From assembly GCA_937872175.1 (NCBI GenBank), contig CALMPI010000009.1:198343-262342 (forward strand): a DNA stretch of 64,000 bases. Reading direction: 5' to 3'. This DNA is from an uncultured Flavobacteriales bacterium (GTDB lineage: Bacteria; Bacteroidota; Bacteroidia; Flavobacteriales_F; PHOS-HE28). Under the pieces are notes generated by a model. That model had not been told where the DNA came from. It saw only the letters and a list, made by a program, of their open reading frames with translations, and did no database searches. Positions 34,201 through 43,100 of this stretch are shown piece by piece. The position numbers and the translations under genes are program-made. The stretch's first letter is position 1, and the number at the start of each line of letters is the position of its first letter.

Positions 34201-34415
34201 TGGACCACATGCTCATATCCGTCGAACCGGTCGAGGCCATCCTTCGTGGCGAACCAGAGGAAACCGGACCGGTCCTGAAGAATGGCCCACACCATGCCCT
34301 GTGGCAACCCATCGTCCACGGTGATCAGCTCCGCCGGGACCCTTCGGGCGGGTGCCGATGGTCGTTGCGCCACGGCCAGGGTGGCGAGCAGGTATGCGGC
34401 GATCGCGAGTCGCAT
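31248..34415 (-). CDS. Sensor histidine kinase with a periplasmic two-component-regulator beta-propeller array and Y_Y_Y domain, one TM helix, and HisKA_3 + HATPase_c
   Basis: The signal peptide MRLAIAAYLLATLAVAQ is at an internal Met (about 34415). There are many Reg_prop-like repeats. The TM helix is WWFRIATALAALAAVYSIY. The H-box reads ERIARDLHDEIGSTLS and the ATPase carries the G-boxes VNDDGVGF…GGNGLINMRQRA. Confidence 0.88.
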   Translation of the reverse strand: MRLAIAAYLLATLAVAQRPSAPARRVPAELITVDDGLPQGMVWAILQDRSGFLWFATKDGLDRFDGYEHVVHRHDPEDSSTISESHVTSLMQDKRGRIWIGTDSKGVDVLDPATGRFTHVPVSAEDQTVPTVVHIAEHPSGDIWIHCFFGTVFIVPADAAAMNGAPRLLRLGDVHGEVSTAGLRDMEIAANGDVWLLGKQHLSVLSWVHGRMTERITVPIHWPHDDNSFFPELVTNDGADRILLSWDHRIVVFNAADRSATDTILIEQMQSRESRLFLDNKDRLWGLTGQGSWFRTDLRDRTTTFLQPVLENGRILSLAWFASWAMDRMGILWCGTTGHGLVKYDPLAERFHRWSDDTGEVGCTEIVSCDLGGRMLVNADEFKVLNDTVQPLRSTGLAEALANHGLQADWKRCVRDPQGRFWFCGIRRGASNVRHLYRHDPADGSVTPMTKGPDDYFINLFPGVGDTIWVCTADRTTDKDTALSAFDTRTGERLAHFMLPAPVKGSTRRGISSWQVAPGGSIWMGSDLGVLSLRPSTGEWRRFTVVPGDPTSLPSNVVFALHLDPEAPERYIWVGTAGSGLAKMDMTTGQCERFSMADGLPNNVIYGILSDRRGHLWISTNRGLCRFDPRTGTTRTYSSSDGIAGNEFNRYSAERSADGLMFFGGMEGITWFDPERFHGTEEPSPTLISGLRLMNKRVSEASHPDVLDRPVHLSSSIALPYDERMLTFEFSCMDLSDPMRNTFRYRLVGLSDEWVESGTERTATFTNLDPGRYTFQVQGRNSKGVWDRDGASLRVEIDAPWWGTWWFRIATALAALAAVYSIYRYRLDRAVEVVHVRERIARDLHDEIGSTLSSVSLLSTVAQRKVGGRAPEASDLLGRITESTTQVMEVMNDIVWAVNADNDDMASVVKRMMAFAVGVTEARECVLSFQAEEDLKTWRLGMAQRKNLYLIFKEAVNNAVKYSGCAHLRIELSRDGRCIVLRVNDDGVGFDPGSNGHSPGGGNGLINMRQRAAELPGTLTITSAAGQGTTVELRFDPTSGRRSLEPMRQDGQPVG
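31274..31289. promoter_or_regulatory. Perfect 16-bp palindrome TCATTGG-TT-CCAATGA (7-2-7) within the last ~15 codons of the kinase gene, ~35-50 nt upstream of the response-regulator start; candidate operator
   Basis: Read directly from the sequence. The same 7-2-7 palindrome recurs at 34636-34651. NarL/LuxR-family regulators classically bind 7-2-7 heptad inverted repeats. The coordinate may be off by 1 nt. Confidence 0.4.
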
Positions 34416-34635
34416 CGATGGCGGAAGTTCGGGAATATCGGGCCGCCCGCGCTGATGCCCTGTCCTGTTCCCGCGGCACGCACGCCGTGCCCACGACCGA
34501 CCGGCCGGCAGCTGGGCGCCGAGCGTGCGGCACCGCAAGGGATAGGGCCGGTGGACCGTCACAGGTCCGGGCCGCGCCCGAACGGCCTTCGGGGACCGGC
34601 TCCGTTCGCCGGCCACCTCAAGCCGCCCATCTGTC

Positions 34636-34651
34636 TCATTGGGACCAATGA
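34636..34651. promoter_or_regulatory. Second copy of the palindrome TCATTGG-GA-CCAATGA plus an extra half-site TCATTGG at about 34669-34675, in the divergent intergenic region about 100 nt upstream of the T9SS cargo gene and about 220 nt upstream of the kinase gene
   Basis: Read directly from the sequence (…ctgtctcattgggaccaatgatggaccatgccgaaggtcattgggatgg…). A TTCTTTTG element sits about 35 nt upstream of the cargo-gene ATG. Confidence 0.4.
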
Positions 34652-34751
34652 TGGACCATGCCGAAGGTCATTGGGATGGAGGATGGACGCCGCGCCGGGG
34701 CTGGGGTTCTTTTGCCGCGTGGCTTCACGATCAACGCTTGACCCTTGCACC

Positions 34752-36461
34752 ATGAGAACACTTCGTACCCCGCTCTTTTTCTTCATCCTGCTGCTCCGCA
34801 TGTCATCGGCTACCGCCCAATGGACGGATGTGGTGAACAACAACATCAACTTCGAGTTCCGCTCGGACCAGACCAGCTTCACGGGAAGCGACGACGGGTT
34901 CCCCACCTACGATGCCGAACCCACCGTGCGCAATGATTTCTGGGTGAGCAGCCTTGGTTGGTACGGATGGGTGTGCTCGAACTGGTCGACGTCCTCGGTA
35001 CCCTATCAGGGTGACCCGAGCGGCACCTATTTCTGGGGGACCAACCATCCGTTCACCGCGGAATTCCAGATCACGCTCCAGGCATGGGAATCGGACAACT
35101 CGGACCCGTGCAGCTACACCTCCGGCGATGACGATTTCTGGAACGGGAACGCCATCCTTCGTGACGGGAACATCCAGATGCCCGTGGTGTACCCCAGCAC
35201 GGATTTCAGGCCTTGCGCCTGGAACCCCTGGCTGGCCTCCGGCACGGGCTGGATCTTCCCGAACGCCGGGGTCTGGAACCAGATCTGGTCCGAGACGTGG
35301 CGCTATTCCGCCGGCGATGTGGCCTCCGATCCGCTCAGCTTCGGCACCATCACCACAGGTCAGACCAAGGCTGACATCAACGCGAACCGATCCGTTCCCG
35401 TGTCCAGCAGTGCGCCGCTCCAGTATGGGGACACCTACGGGGAGTCATCCGCTGACGTGTGGTACTCCTTCACACTGGATCAGGCCGCCACCGTCACCAT
35501 CAGCACGGATGATCCGGTGACCGACTTCGATACGAAGGCCTATTTGTTCTACGACTTCGGGAACATGATCGCCTCGGATGACGATGGCGGCACGGGCGCC
35601 ACATCGCTCATCACCACCGCTCTTTGTGCCGGCACCTACAAGGTGTGCGTCGAGGGCTTTTCGTCCAGCACGGGCCTGTTCCGCTTGTCGGTCACGGCGG
35701 GATCATTGAATGCGCTGTCGCTGGCCACCACGAACATCACGCCGGTGAGCTGCGCGAGCGCGACCGATGGGGCCGCCAGCTGGGCGACCGGGGGCGGAGT
35801 GGCCCCGTTCGAGTATGTGCTGGACGGGAACAACATCGGTGGAGCGACCTCGGGCGGTTCGCTCGGGTTGGGTGCGCACACCGTGATGGCCGAGGATGCA
35901 TGCGGATCGACGACCAGCATCACCTTCCAGGTCGACAATGGTGACAGCACCCCGCCGACGGCCGTATGTCTGGGCGCGCTCGCGGTGGATGTGATCGACC
36001 AGCAGACCACGATGCTCGATCCGGCGGAGGTGGACAATGGAAGCACGGATGACTGCGGTCCCGTCGATCTGAGCGTCTCGCCGGCCGCATTTGATGTGGA
36101 CGATGTCGGGTTGGTGGATGTGACCCTGACGGTGACCGATGGGAACGGGAACACCAGCACGTGCATCTGTGTGGCCGTGGTGCAGAACGTGACCGCGATC
36201 GGGGAGCCCGGCTCGGACGGTCGGATCCTCGCCGTACCCAACCCGACCGACGGTCAGGTCCGCCTCGATCTTTCGGCACTTGCGGTCGGCAGCGACACCC
36301 GATTGGAGCTTCTGGATGCGCTCGGTCGTTCGGTGCATGGTGTCCGGCCCGCCAGTTCCATCATGGACCTCGATCTGGGGCAGCTGGCCGACGGTGTGTA
36401 CACCGTGCAGCTCGTCGACCCGAACTGGCGGTCATCGACGCGTCTGGTGCTGCGTCGGTGA
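34752..36461 (+). CDS. T9SS-secreted multidomain protein: signal peptide, about 230-aa N-terminal domain of unknown family, PPC-like (pre-peptidase C-terminal) domain, SprB-type repeat, HYR-like domain, and a C-terminal Por secretion-tail (type A CTD)
   Basis: The start MRTLRTPLFFFILLLRMSSATAQ lies inside the 882-aa track ORF. The PPC-like segment (…VWYSFTLDQAATVTISTDDPV…YLFYDF…) is followed by a SprB-like repeat (SCASATDGAASWATGGGVAPFEYVL…). The CTD reads ILAVPNPTDGQVRLDL…GVYTVQLVD. Confidence 0.85.
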   Translation: MRTLRTPLFFFILLLRMSSATAQWTDVVNNNINFEFRSDQTSFTGSDDGFPTYDAEPTVRNDFWVSSLGWYGWVCSNWSTSSVPYQGDPSGTYFWGTNHPFTAEFQITLQAWESDNSDPCSYTSGDDDFWNGNAILRDGNIQMPVVYPSTDFRPCAWNPWLASGTGWIFPNAGVWNQIWSETWRYSAGDVASDPLSFGTITTGQTKADINANRSVPVSSSAPLQYGDTYGESSADVWYSFTLDQAATVTISTDDPVTDFDTKAYLFYDFGNMIASDDDGGTGATSLITTALCAGTYKVCVEGFSSSTGLFRLSVTAGSLNALSLATTNITPVSCASATDGAASWATGGGVAPFEYVLDGNNIGGATSGGSLGLGAHTVMAEDACGSTTSITFQVDNGDSTPPTAVCLGALAVDVIDQQTTMLDPAEVDNGSTDDCGPVDLSVSPAAFDVDDVGLVDVTLTVTDGNGNTSTCICVAVVQNVTAIGEPGSDGRILAVPNPTDGQVRLDLSALAVGSDTRLELLDALGRSVHGVRPASSIMDLDLGQLADGVYTVQLVDPNWRSSTRLVLRR

Positions 36462-36563
36462 CCGGAAGCGGAACACAGGGGGAAGGCCCCGGTCGGCTGA
36501 CCGGGGCCTCCCCCCTGTGTTCCGCCGGAAACCCCGACCTTTGCGGCCCGAATTCCCTGGTGC

Positions 36564-37004
36564 ATGAAGGAGATCGCCGAAAGCCGCGCCCTGTTGGGGG
36601 CCACTGCGGACCTGTCGTTGAAGGAGCTGAACAGCCTGTACAAGGGGTTGATGAAGCGGCACCACCCCGACCGGTTCACGGACGAGGTGGAACGCACGTC
36701 GGCCGAGGCGATGAGCCAGCGGATCATCGCAGCCTACAAGCTGCTCGAGGGTCTGCATCCGGAGACAAGGGCCGCACGGGCGGAGGAGTTCGAGCGCACC
36801 CTCGCCAGCGGCATTGCCGGCTGGAACTACAAAGGGCGGGTGCTCAGCCTCACCTTCGGCGATGGCAGCGAGCATGCCTTCGTGGGTGTGCCGGCCAACA
36901 CCTACAACAAGTTCGTGGCCACGGACGCGACCCCGCGCTTCGTGCGGCGCCATCTCATCGGGGCCTATCCGCAGCGTCGCGTCAGCAGCGCGGTGGCGGT
37001 CTGA
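36564..37004 (+). CDS. J-domain (DnaJ-like, HPD motif) protein fused to a C-terminal KTSC-like domain
   Basis: LYKGLMKRHHPDRFTDEVERTSAEAMSQRIIAAYKLLE is a J-domain helix II/III carrying HPD. The C-terminal part (GWNYKGRVLSLTFGDGSEHAFVGVPANTYNKFVAT) resembles a KTSC domain. Confidence 0.6.
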   Translation: MKEIAESRALLGATADLSLKELNSLYKGLMKRHHPDRFTDEVERTSAEAMSQRIIAAYKLLEGLHPETRAARAEEFERTLASGIAGWNYKGRVLSLTFGDGSEHAFVGVPANTYNKFVATDATPRFVRRHLIGAYPQRRVSSAVAV

Positions 37005-37263
37005 TCGGGCTTTTCGACCACGGCATCGGCATATGTCGCCCCGGCGCCTATATTGGGGGCATGCCACGGTCCGCCACGGGATCATTTCAGCACCGCCGAA
37101 CGGTCAGGGCGACGATGGAACGCGTGACCAGGCTGCGCGGCGGTCGGTCGCGTGCAAGGCGTGTGGCCTTGCAGTGGCGTGATGGGGCCGGCGAGCTCCA
37201 CATCGCCGAACTGTCAGCAGCCCAGAGCTGGCCGTTCCTGCGGCGTACGGTGATGGCCTGAGC

Positions 37264-39162
37264 CTATCGGCCGATGGAGGCTTGATCGGCCTTCACGACC
37301 TTGAACTCGGTGCGCCGGTTGGCCTGGTGCTCCTCTTCAGTGCACTTCACGCCATCGCCGCATCCGTTGACCAGCCGTTCCTCGCCGTATCCCATCGCAT
37401 GGACGCGCACGGGGTCGGCGCCACGACGGATCAGGTAGTTCACCGCGCTGTTCGCGCGCGCGTCGCTCAACACCAGGTTGTACGGCACGCTGCCACGGGC
37501 ATCGGTGTGGGCGCTGAGCTCGAAGCTCAGGTGCGGATTGTCGTTGATGAGCTGCACCACACGGTCAAGCTCCTTCGCGGCGTCCAGGCGGATGTCCCAT
37601 TTGTCGTAGTCGTAGTAGATGTTGTTGAGCACGAAGCTCTGCCCCACCTGGGCCCCTTGCAGTTGGATGCCATGGTGCAACGTGTCGGAGCGCAGCAGGC
37701 CTTTGGTGCTCACCTCGATCGAGCGGGTCAGGTGATCGGCATGCGCGGCCTTGATGCGGTAGTCGGTGTTCGGCTTCAGGGGGAACGAGAAGGCCCCGTT
37801 GGGACCGGTGATGGCCGTGACATCCTCGTTCAGCGTCAGGTCGGTGAGCGTCACATGGACGTTCGGCAGGAACAGGCCGGAATCGCCCGTCACCTCGCCT
37901 TCCACGAAGAAGGTGGGCTCATAGGCCCAGAACACGTAGACCTGATCGCTGCCTTCGCGGTTGCTGCTCAGATAGCCGCCCTGTTCAGTGCTGTCGAGCA
38001 CCAGGCCGAAGTCGTCGAACGGTGTGTTCAGCGGAGCGTTGAGGTTGCGCGGCGTGCTCCAGCCTTCGTTCTCCGGATGCGTCTCGAACACGTCCAGCCC
38101 CCCCATGTTGCGGTGCGCGGTGGAGGAGAAATAAAGCGACTTTCCGTTCACCACGGGGAACAGCTCATTGCCGGGGGTGTTCACCGTGGGCCCGAGGTTC
38201 ACCGGTGCGGTCCACCCGGCGCCGCGATCCTCGCTCATCCAGATGTCGGTTCCGCCAAGCCCCCCGGGACGGTCGCTCACGAAGTACATCGTGCGTCCAT
38301 CGGCGCTCAGCGCCGGATGCCCGGTGCTCCAGTCGGGACTGTTGTAGGGGAAGTCGATCAGGTCGCCCCATTGCCCTGCACTGTCCAGCGTGGCGCGGAA
38401 CAGCATCAGATGGCTCGTGTTGGCGTCGTCCTTCATGAGCCGGCGCTTCAAATAGTCGCTGCGGGTGAAGTAGAGCGTGCGTCCATCGGGGGAGAGCACG
38501 GCCGGCCCTTCGTGATAGGGACCGTTCACGGCGCCGGGGAGCGGTACGGCCTCGGTCCAGGTCACCACCGTGCGCTTCTCCACGGTATAGAGGTCCATGT
38601 ATGAGAGTCCGTCCCAGGGATCGGCCTTGGCGGCCGGCGCGGGCCGTTCACCCACCAGCAGAAGGCCCTTGCCATGGGGCCGTGGGCTGAAGGCCGTGGT
38701 GAGGCCGGGCAGGGTGAGGCGGTTGACGATGTAGCGGGCGCTGTCCGTGTAGAACAGGGCCACATCGCGGGTGGAGGCGAAGAGGTCCTGTGCCCGCCGG
38801 TCCTCGGGTGTCTCTTCCAACACGCGCAGGAAGAGCGCGGCCGCGGCATCGGTGCTCCCCGAGGAAAGCAGCACCTGTCCGTAGTGCAGCGCGGTGTCGC
38901 CGCTCAGGCGGAGCGTGGCGTCGGCGAGCGCATAGAGCTCGCGGGCCCTATGCGGGTCGTTCTGCCGGAAGAGCGCTTCGGCGAGCCGCACCTGCACGTG
39001 ACGGACCGGGGCACTTCGCAGGGCGCGGTCGAAATGGTGGGAGGCCTTGCGGTATTGCATCAGGTCGAAGGCCTTGTCGCCCTTGTGCAGGTGCAGGCTC
39101 GCGCAGGAGGTCAGCAGGGCCGCGCCGGCCAGAAGGAAGGTGTGGCGCACGGTTGGGCTCAT
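37264..39162 (-). CDS. OmpA-family peptidoglycan-associated lipoprotein with PorE-like architecture: lipobox signal, TPR region, TolB-like PD40 beta-propeller repeats, carboxypeptidase-regulatory-like domain, and a C-terminal OmpA_C domain
   Basis: The signal LLAGAALLTSC has a lipobox. PD40 repeats are present (LSPDGRTLYFTRSD, LSADGRTMYFVSDRPGGLGGTDIW). The OmpA_C motif reads NNIYYDYDKWDIR…LSAHTDARGSVPYNLVLSDARANSAVNYL…MGYGEERLVN…RRTEFKV. Confidence 0.85.
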   Translation of the reverse strand: MSPTVRHTFLLAGAALLTSCASLHLHKGDKAFDLMQYRKASHHFDRALRSAPVRHVQVRLAEALFRQNDPHRARELYALADATLRLSGDTALHYGQVLLSSGSTDAAAALFLRVLEETPEDRRAQDLFASTRDVALFYTDSARYIVNRLTLPGLTTAFSPRPHGKGLLLVGERPAPAAKADPWDGLSYMDLYTVEKRTVVTWTEAVPLPGAVNGPYHEGPAVLSPDGRTLYFTRSDYLKRRLMKDDANTSHLMLFRATLDSAGQWGDLIDFPYNSPDWSTGHPALSADGRTMYFVSDRPGGLGGTDIWMSEDRGAGWTAPVNLGPTVNTPGNELFPVVNGKSLYFSSTAHRNMGGLDVFETHPENEGWSTPRNLNAPLNTPFDDFGLVLDSTEQGGYLSSNREGSDQVYVFWAYEPTFFVEGEVTGDSGLFLPNVHVTLTDLTLNEDVTAITGPNGAFSFPLKPNTDYRIKAAHADHLTRSIEVSTKGLLRSDTLHHGIQLQGAQVGQSFVLNNIYYDYDKWDIRLDAAKELDRVVQLINDNPHLSFELSAHTDARGSVPYNLVLSDARANSAVNYLIRRGADPVRVHAMGYGEERLVNGCGDGVKCTEEEHQANRRTEFKVVKADQASIGR

Positions 39163-39164
39163 GA

Positions 39165-40088
39165 TCAGAAGTAACGGGGTGACTTGATGCGGATGGGGTC
39201 CTTGCCAAGGTCGATGCCGAGCATCACCTCATGCGATCCTCCACTGAAACGGCGCAGGCGTGAGGTGGTCATGTCGTAGGCATAACCCACCCGGAACACC
39301 GGCGTGATCTGGTATTCGACCATGGCGATGGCGCCGTCGCCGGTGCGGTAGCCAGCGCCCACCCAGAGCCGTTCGCGGAACAGGACGTTGCAGTTGATGT
39401 CGGCCTGGGGCGGCGCGGCGGTCTCCACCTTGATGAGCACCGAGGGCTTCAGGTCGATGCTCTCGCTGACGGGGAACACGCGTCCGGCGTGCAGATAGAA
39501 GTGACGCGTGAAGTAATCGTCCACCACGGTGGCGTTCGCCTGGCTCACCTGATCGTCCGCGCTGTAGAGGTTCGGCACGGACAGTCCGACGTAGGTGCGT
39601 GGGTCGTGCCAGTAGAGGCCGAAGCCGAACTTGCCCACGAGGGCGTTCCTCAGGTTCTGGGCATACACCGCATCGTCCTCATCCCAGTAGGTGAGTTCGC
39701 TGAGGCGTGCCGAGTACACGGATAGGCCGGCGCGCAGACCGAAGGCCAGGCGGCTCGATCCGCCGGTCCGGATGCTGTAGGCATAGTGCCCTGAGATGTC
39801 CAGGTCGCGGCTGATGCCGATCTGGTCGTGGACCACGGAGAGCCCGAGGCCCATGCGGTCTTTCCAGACCGGACCATCCACTGCGGCCATGCTGGTGCGC
39901 GGCGCGCCGGGCATGTTCGTCCATTGCTCGCGGTGCAGCAGGCTGCCGCTCACGTACGGATGGCTTCCGGCGTAGGCGGGGTTCAGGAAGAGCCCGTTGA
40001 ACATGTACTGGCTCACCATCACCTCCTGTTGCGCATGCGCCGATGCGCAGGCGAGCAGGATGAACAGCAGAGGTAGGATGCGGTGCAT
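39165..40088 (-). CDS. sprF: Type IX secretion system membrane protein, PorP/SprF family
   Basis: The signal peptide is MHRILPLLFILLACASAHAQ. The PorP/SprF signature QYMFNGLFLNPAYAG follows, with a beta-barrel-like remainder. The gene lies immediately 3' of the type-B CTD giant gene. The track start at 40127 is an alternative. Confidence 0.9.
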   Translation of the reverse strand: MHRILPLLFILLACASAHAQQEVMVSQYMFNGLFLNPAYAGSHPYVSGSLLHREQWTNMPGAPRTSMAAVDGPVWKDRMGLGLSVVHDQIGISRDLDISGHYAYSIRTGGSSRLAFGLRAGLSVYSARLSELTYWDEDDAVYAQNLRNALVGKFGFGLYWHDPRTYVGLSVPNLYSADDQVSQANATVVDDYFTRHFYLHAGRVFPVSESIDLKPSVLIKVETAAPPQADINCNVLFRERLWVGAGYRTGDGAIAMVEYQITPVFRVGYAYDMTTSRLRRFSGGSHEVMLGIDLGKDPIRIKSPRYF

Positions 40089-40123
40089 GGCGGAAGGTGT
40101 TTGCGTTCGTTCCGAGTTCGCGT

Positions 40124-43100
40124 TCATCGGCGGAGGTCCACGTAGTTCTGCATGGGAGCTCCATCGGGTGTCAGCGTGAGCACCACGAAGTAGGTGCCGT
40201 TGGGCAGCGGCTCGCCCTGCAGGTTCTCCCCGCTCCAGTCATTGGTGTAGCGCACACGGTCGTACACCACGTTGCCCCATCGGTTGTAGATGATGATGCG
40301 GTTGTCCGGATAGGCCTCGAGCCCTTGCACGACAAAGCTGTCGTTGCTTCCGTCCCCGTTCGGTGTGTAGCCGGTCGGCATCACCACGTCCATGGGCTGG
40401 TCGAGCGTGAAGGAGACGGTGATGCTGCAGCCGTTCGCATCGGTGATCGTCACGGTGTACGTGCCGGCGGCGAGCCCTTGCACCGTGGCCCCGTCGGCGC
40501 CGTTGCTCCAGGCGAAGCTGTACGGTGCCGTGCCGCCATCGGGTGTGATGGTGATGCTGCCGTCGTTGCTTTGGTGACCGCTGAGGTTGTATCCATTGGA
40601 GTAGGTCACCACCAGGCTGTCCAACGTCAGTGTGGCGCCATCGTTCACGGTGAAGGCGCTGTTCCAGGTGCATCCTGCGGCATCGCTCACGGTCACCGTG
40701 TAGGTGCCTGCGGCAAGCCCGCTCATGTCCTCGGACCCGGAGCCCGTGTTCCACAGGAAGCTGTATGGCATCGTGCCGCTGGTCACGCTGAGGTCGATGG
40801 AGCCGGTCGCGCCGGCCAGGCAGCTGGCATTGGTCACGACAGCCTCGGCGCTCAGGGCCGGCCCGCCCTCCACCTGCACAGGCAGCGTGGCGATGCAGCC
40901 GTTCAGGTCCGTGATGCTCACTTCGTAGGTGCCTGCGGTCAGGCCGGCGATGTCCTCGGTCGAGCTGCCATGGGCCCAGGCGAACGTGTAGGGAGCACCG
41001 CCGCCCGTCACGCTCACATCGACGGCGCCGTTGGCCTGGCCGCAGCCGGCCGCGGTGGCTGTGAACGTGGCGTCGATCGCGCTTGCCGCGATGAGGTCGG
41101 TGCAGGCCTGTGCCGAGCATCCGTTCGCGTCGGTCACCGTGAGGCAGTAGGTGCCCGCGCCCAGTCCGGCGATGCTGTCGGCGTTGCTGCTGAAGCTGCC
41201 CGGACCGGTCCAGAGGTAGGTGTACCCGCCCGCACCACCGCCGGCCAACGCGATGAGGAGGCCATCGTTGACACCGGCGCAGCTGGTGTTGCTGCCGCTC
41301 GGGTAGGTGAAGGCGACGGGCTGAGGATCCACCGGGTCGGGCGCGGTGATCACCACGTCCTGCAGGCTGACGCAGCCGTTCATGTCGGTCACGGTCAGGG
41401 TGTACGACCCTGCGGCGAGGCCGGTGAGGCTGTCGGCCGTGCTGGCAAAGCCGTTGGGGCCGCTCCAGTTGAGCTGTGCTCCGCCGTTGCCCCCGGTCAC
41501 GGTGGCGACCAGCACGGCATCGCCGACCCCGTCGCAGCTCGTGTTGAAGCCGTTGTAGGTGCTGATGTCCAGGACCGCCGCAAGTGCGCTATCGGGCTCG
41601 GTGAGCGTGATGGTGAGGAGGGTGGCGCATTGGTTCGCATCCGTGATCACCACTTCATAGTCACCGGCGATCACGCCGTTGAGGTCCTCGCTGGAGTAGT
41701 TCGTGCTGTCCGGTCCGCGCCAGTCGAAGGTGTACGGCCCTGAGCCACCACTGATGGTGAGGTCGATGCTGCCGTCGCTTCCGCCCAGGCAGCTGATGTT
41801 CGTGCCGCTCGGGAAGGCTTGGGCCGTGAGGCTGCCGTCGATCGGCTGCGCGGGTTCGGTCAGGGTGAAGCTCGTGTCGCGTTGACACCCGTTGGCATCG
41901 GTCACGCTCAGCATGTAGGTGCCGGCCACAAGGGCGGTGAGCGTGTCCGCACCGCTCGCGGTGAACCCGTTCGGTCCGCTCCAGAGCAGGTCCAGCGGTC
42001 CGGACCCTCCGGTGGCCAGCACCGCGATCACCCCGCTGCTGTCGCCGGTGCAGGCGATGTTCGTGGTTCCTGTCAGGCTTACATAGGTGCTGAGCTCGAT
42101 CGGTGCGCTGGCGGTCATGGTGGTGCTCCAGCTTCCGCTGCAGGACCCGGCATCGAGCACGGTCACGCTGTACGTGCCTCCGACCAGTCCGGAGAGGTCC
42201 TCGCTCGAGGCGCTGAATCCACCGGGGCCTGTCCAGGTGTAGGTGTATGGAAGCACCCCGCCGCTCACCTCCAGGTCGATCGTCCCGTCACTGCCGCCGT
42301 CGCACACGGTGCCGCTGTTGCTCAAGGCGGCCTGCAGCGGCTGGGGCGCTGTGAGCACGGCCTGCTCCGTGGCGATGCAGCCATTGGCATCCACGAGGGT
42401 CGCTACGTATGTGCCCGCCGCAAGGGCGTTCAGGTCCTCGGTGGCCGCCGTGAAGCCGTTGGGGCCGGTCCAGTCGATCTGGTAGGGGGCGAGGCCACCG
42501 GTGATGGTGAGGTCGATGCTTCCGTTCGCCGCCCCGCAGCCCACTTGGTAGCCATTGCCGGCATCGCTCAGCACCAGGTCGCCATCGAAGGCGGGTGGTG
42601 CGCTCAAGGCGAGGGCCTGCGTCACCGAGCATCCGGCGTCGTCGCTGACGATCACGGTGTAGGTCCCTGCGGCCGATCCGTTGATGATCGGTGTGGATGC
42701 CGTGAAGCCGCCCGGTCCGGTCCACGCATAGTGAAGCGTACCGAGGCCACCGGTGACGGTCGCCGTGATGCTGCCTTCCTCGCTGCCGGCACAGGGCAGG
42801 GTGTAGCCACCGCCGAACAGGGCGGCTTGAAGGTCCAGTGTGATCGGTGCCGGCGCCGTGAGCGTGGCGGTGATGGTTCCGGTGCACCCGTTCATGTCGG
42901 TGATCGTCGCCGTGTAATCCCCGGCCCCAAGGCCGCTGGGATCCTCGTCATTGCTCATGAAGCCGTTCGGTCCGCTCCAGATCACGCTGTACGGCGCCGT
43001 GCCGCCCTGCGCGGAGAGGTCGAGGGATCCGTCGCTGGCACCATCGCAGCTTACACCCGTGCCACCACCGAACACGCTCGTGGTGATGCTTCCATCCACC

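Noticed and set aside
37059-37261. 66-aa ORF and an 8-bp-stem hairpin (tgcaaggc…gccttgca, about 37153-37173) in the convergent gap between the J-domain gene and the OmpA gene
   Set aside because: The ORF is Arg-rich with no signal or motifs. The hairpin lacks an adjacent U-tract on either strand, so it is not a confident terminator.
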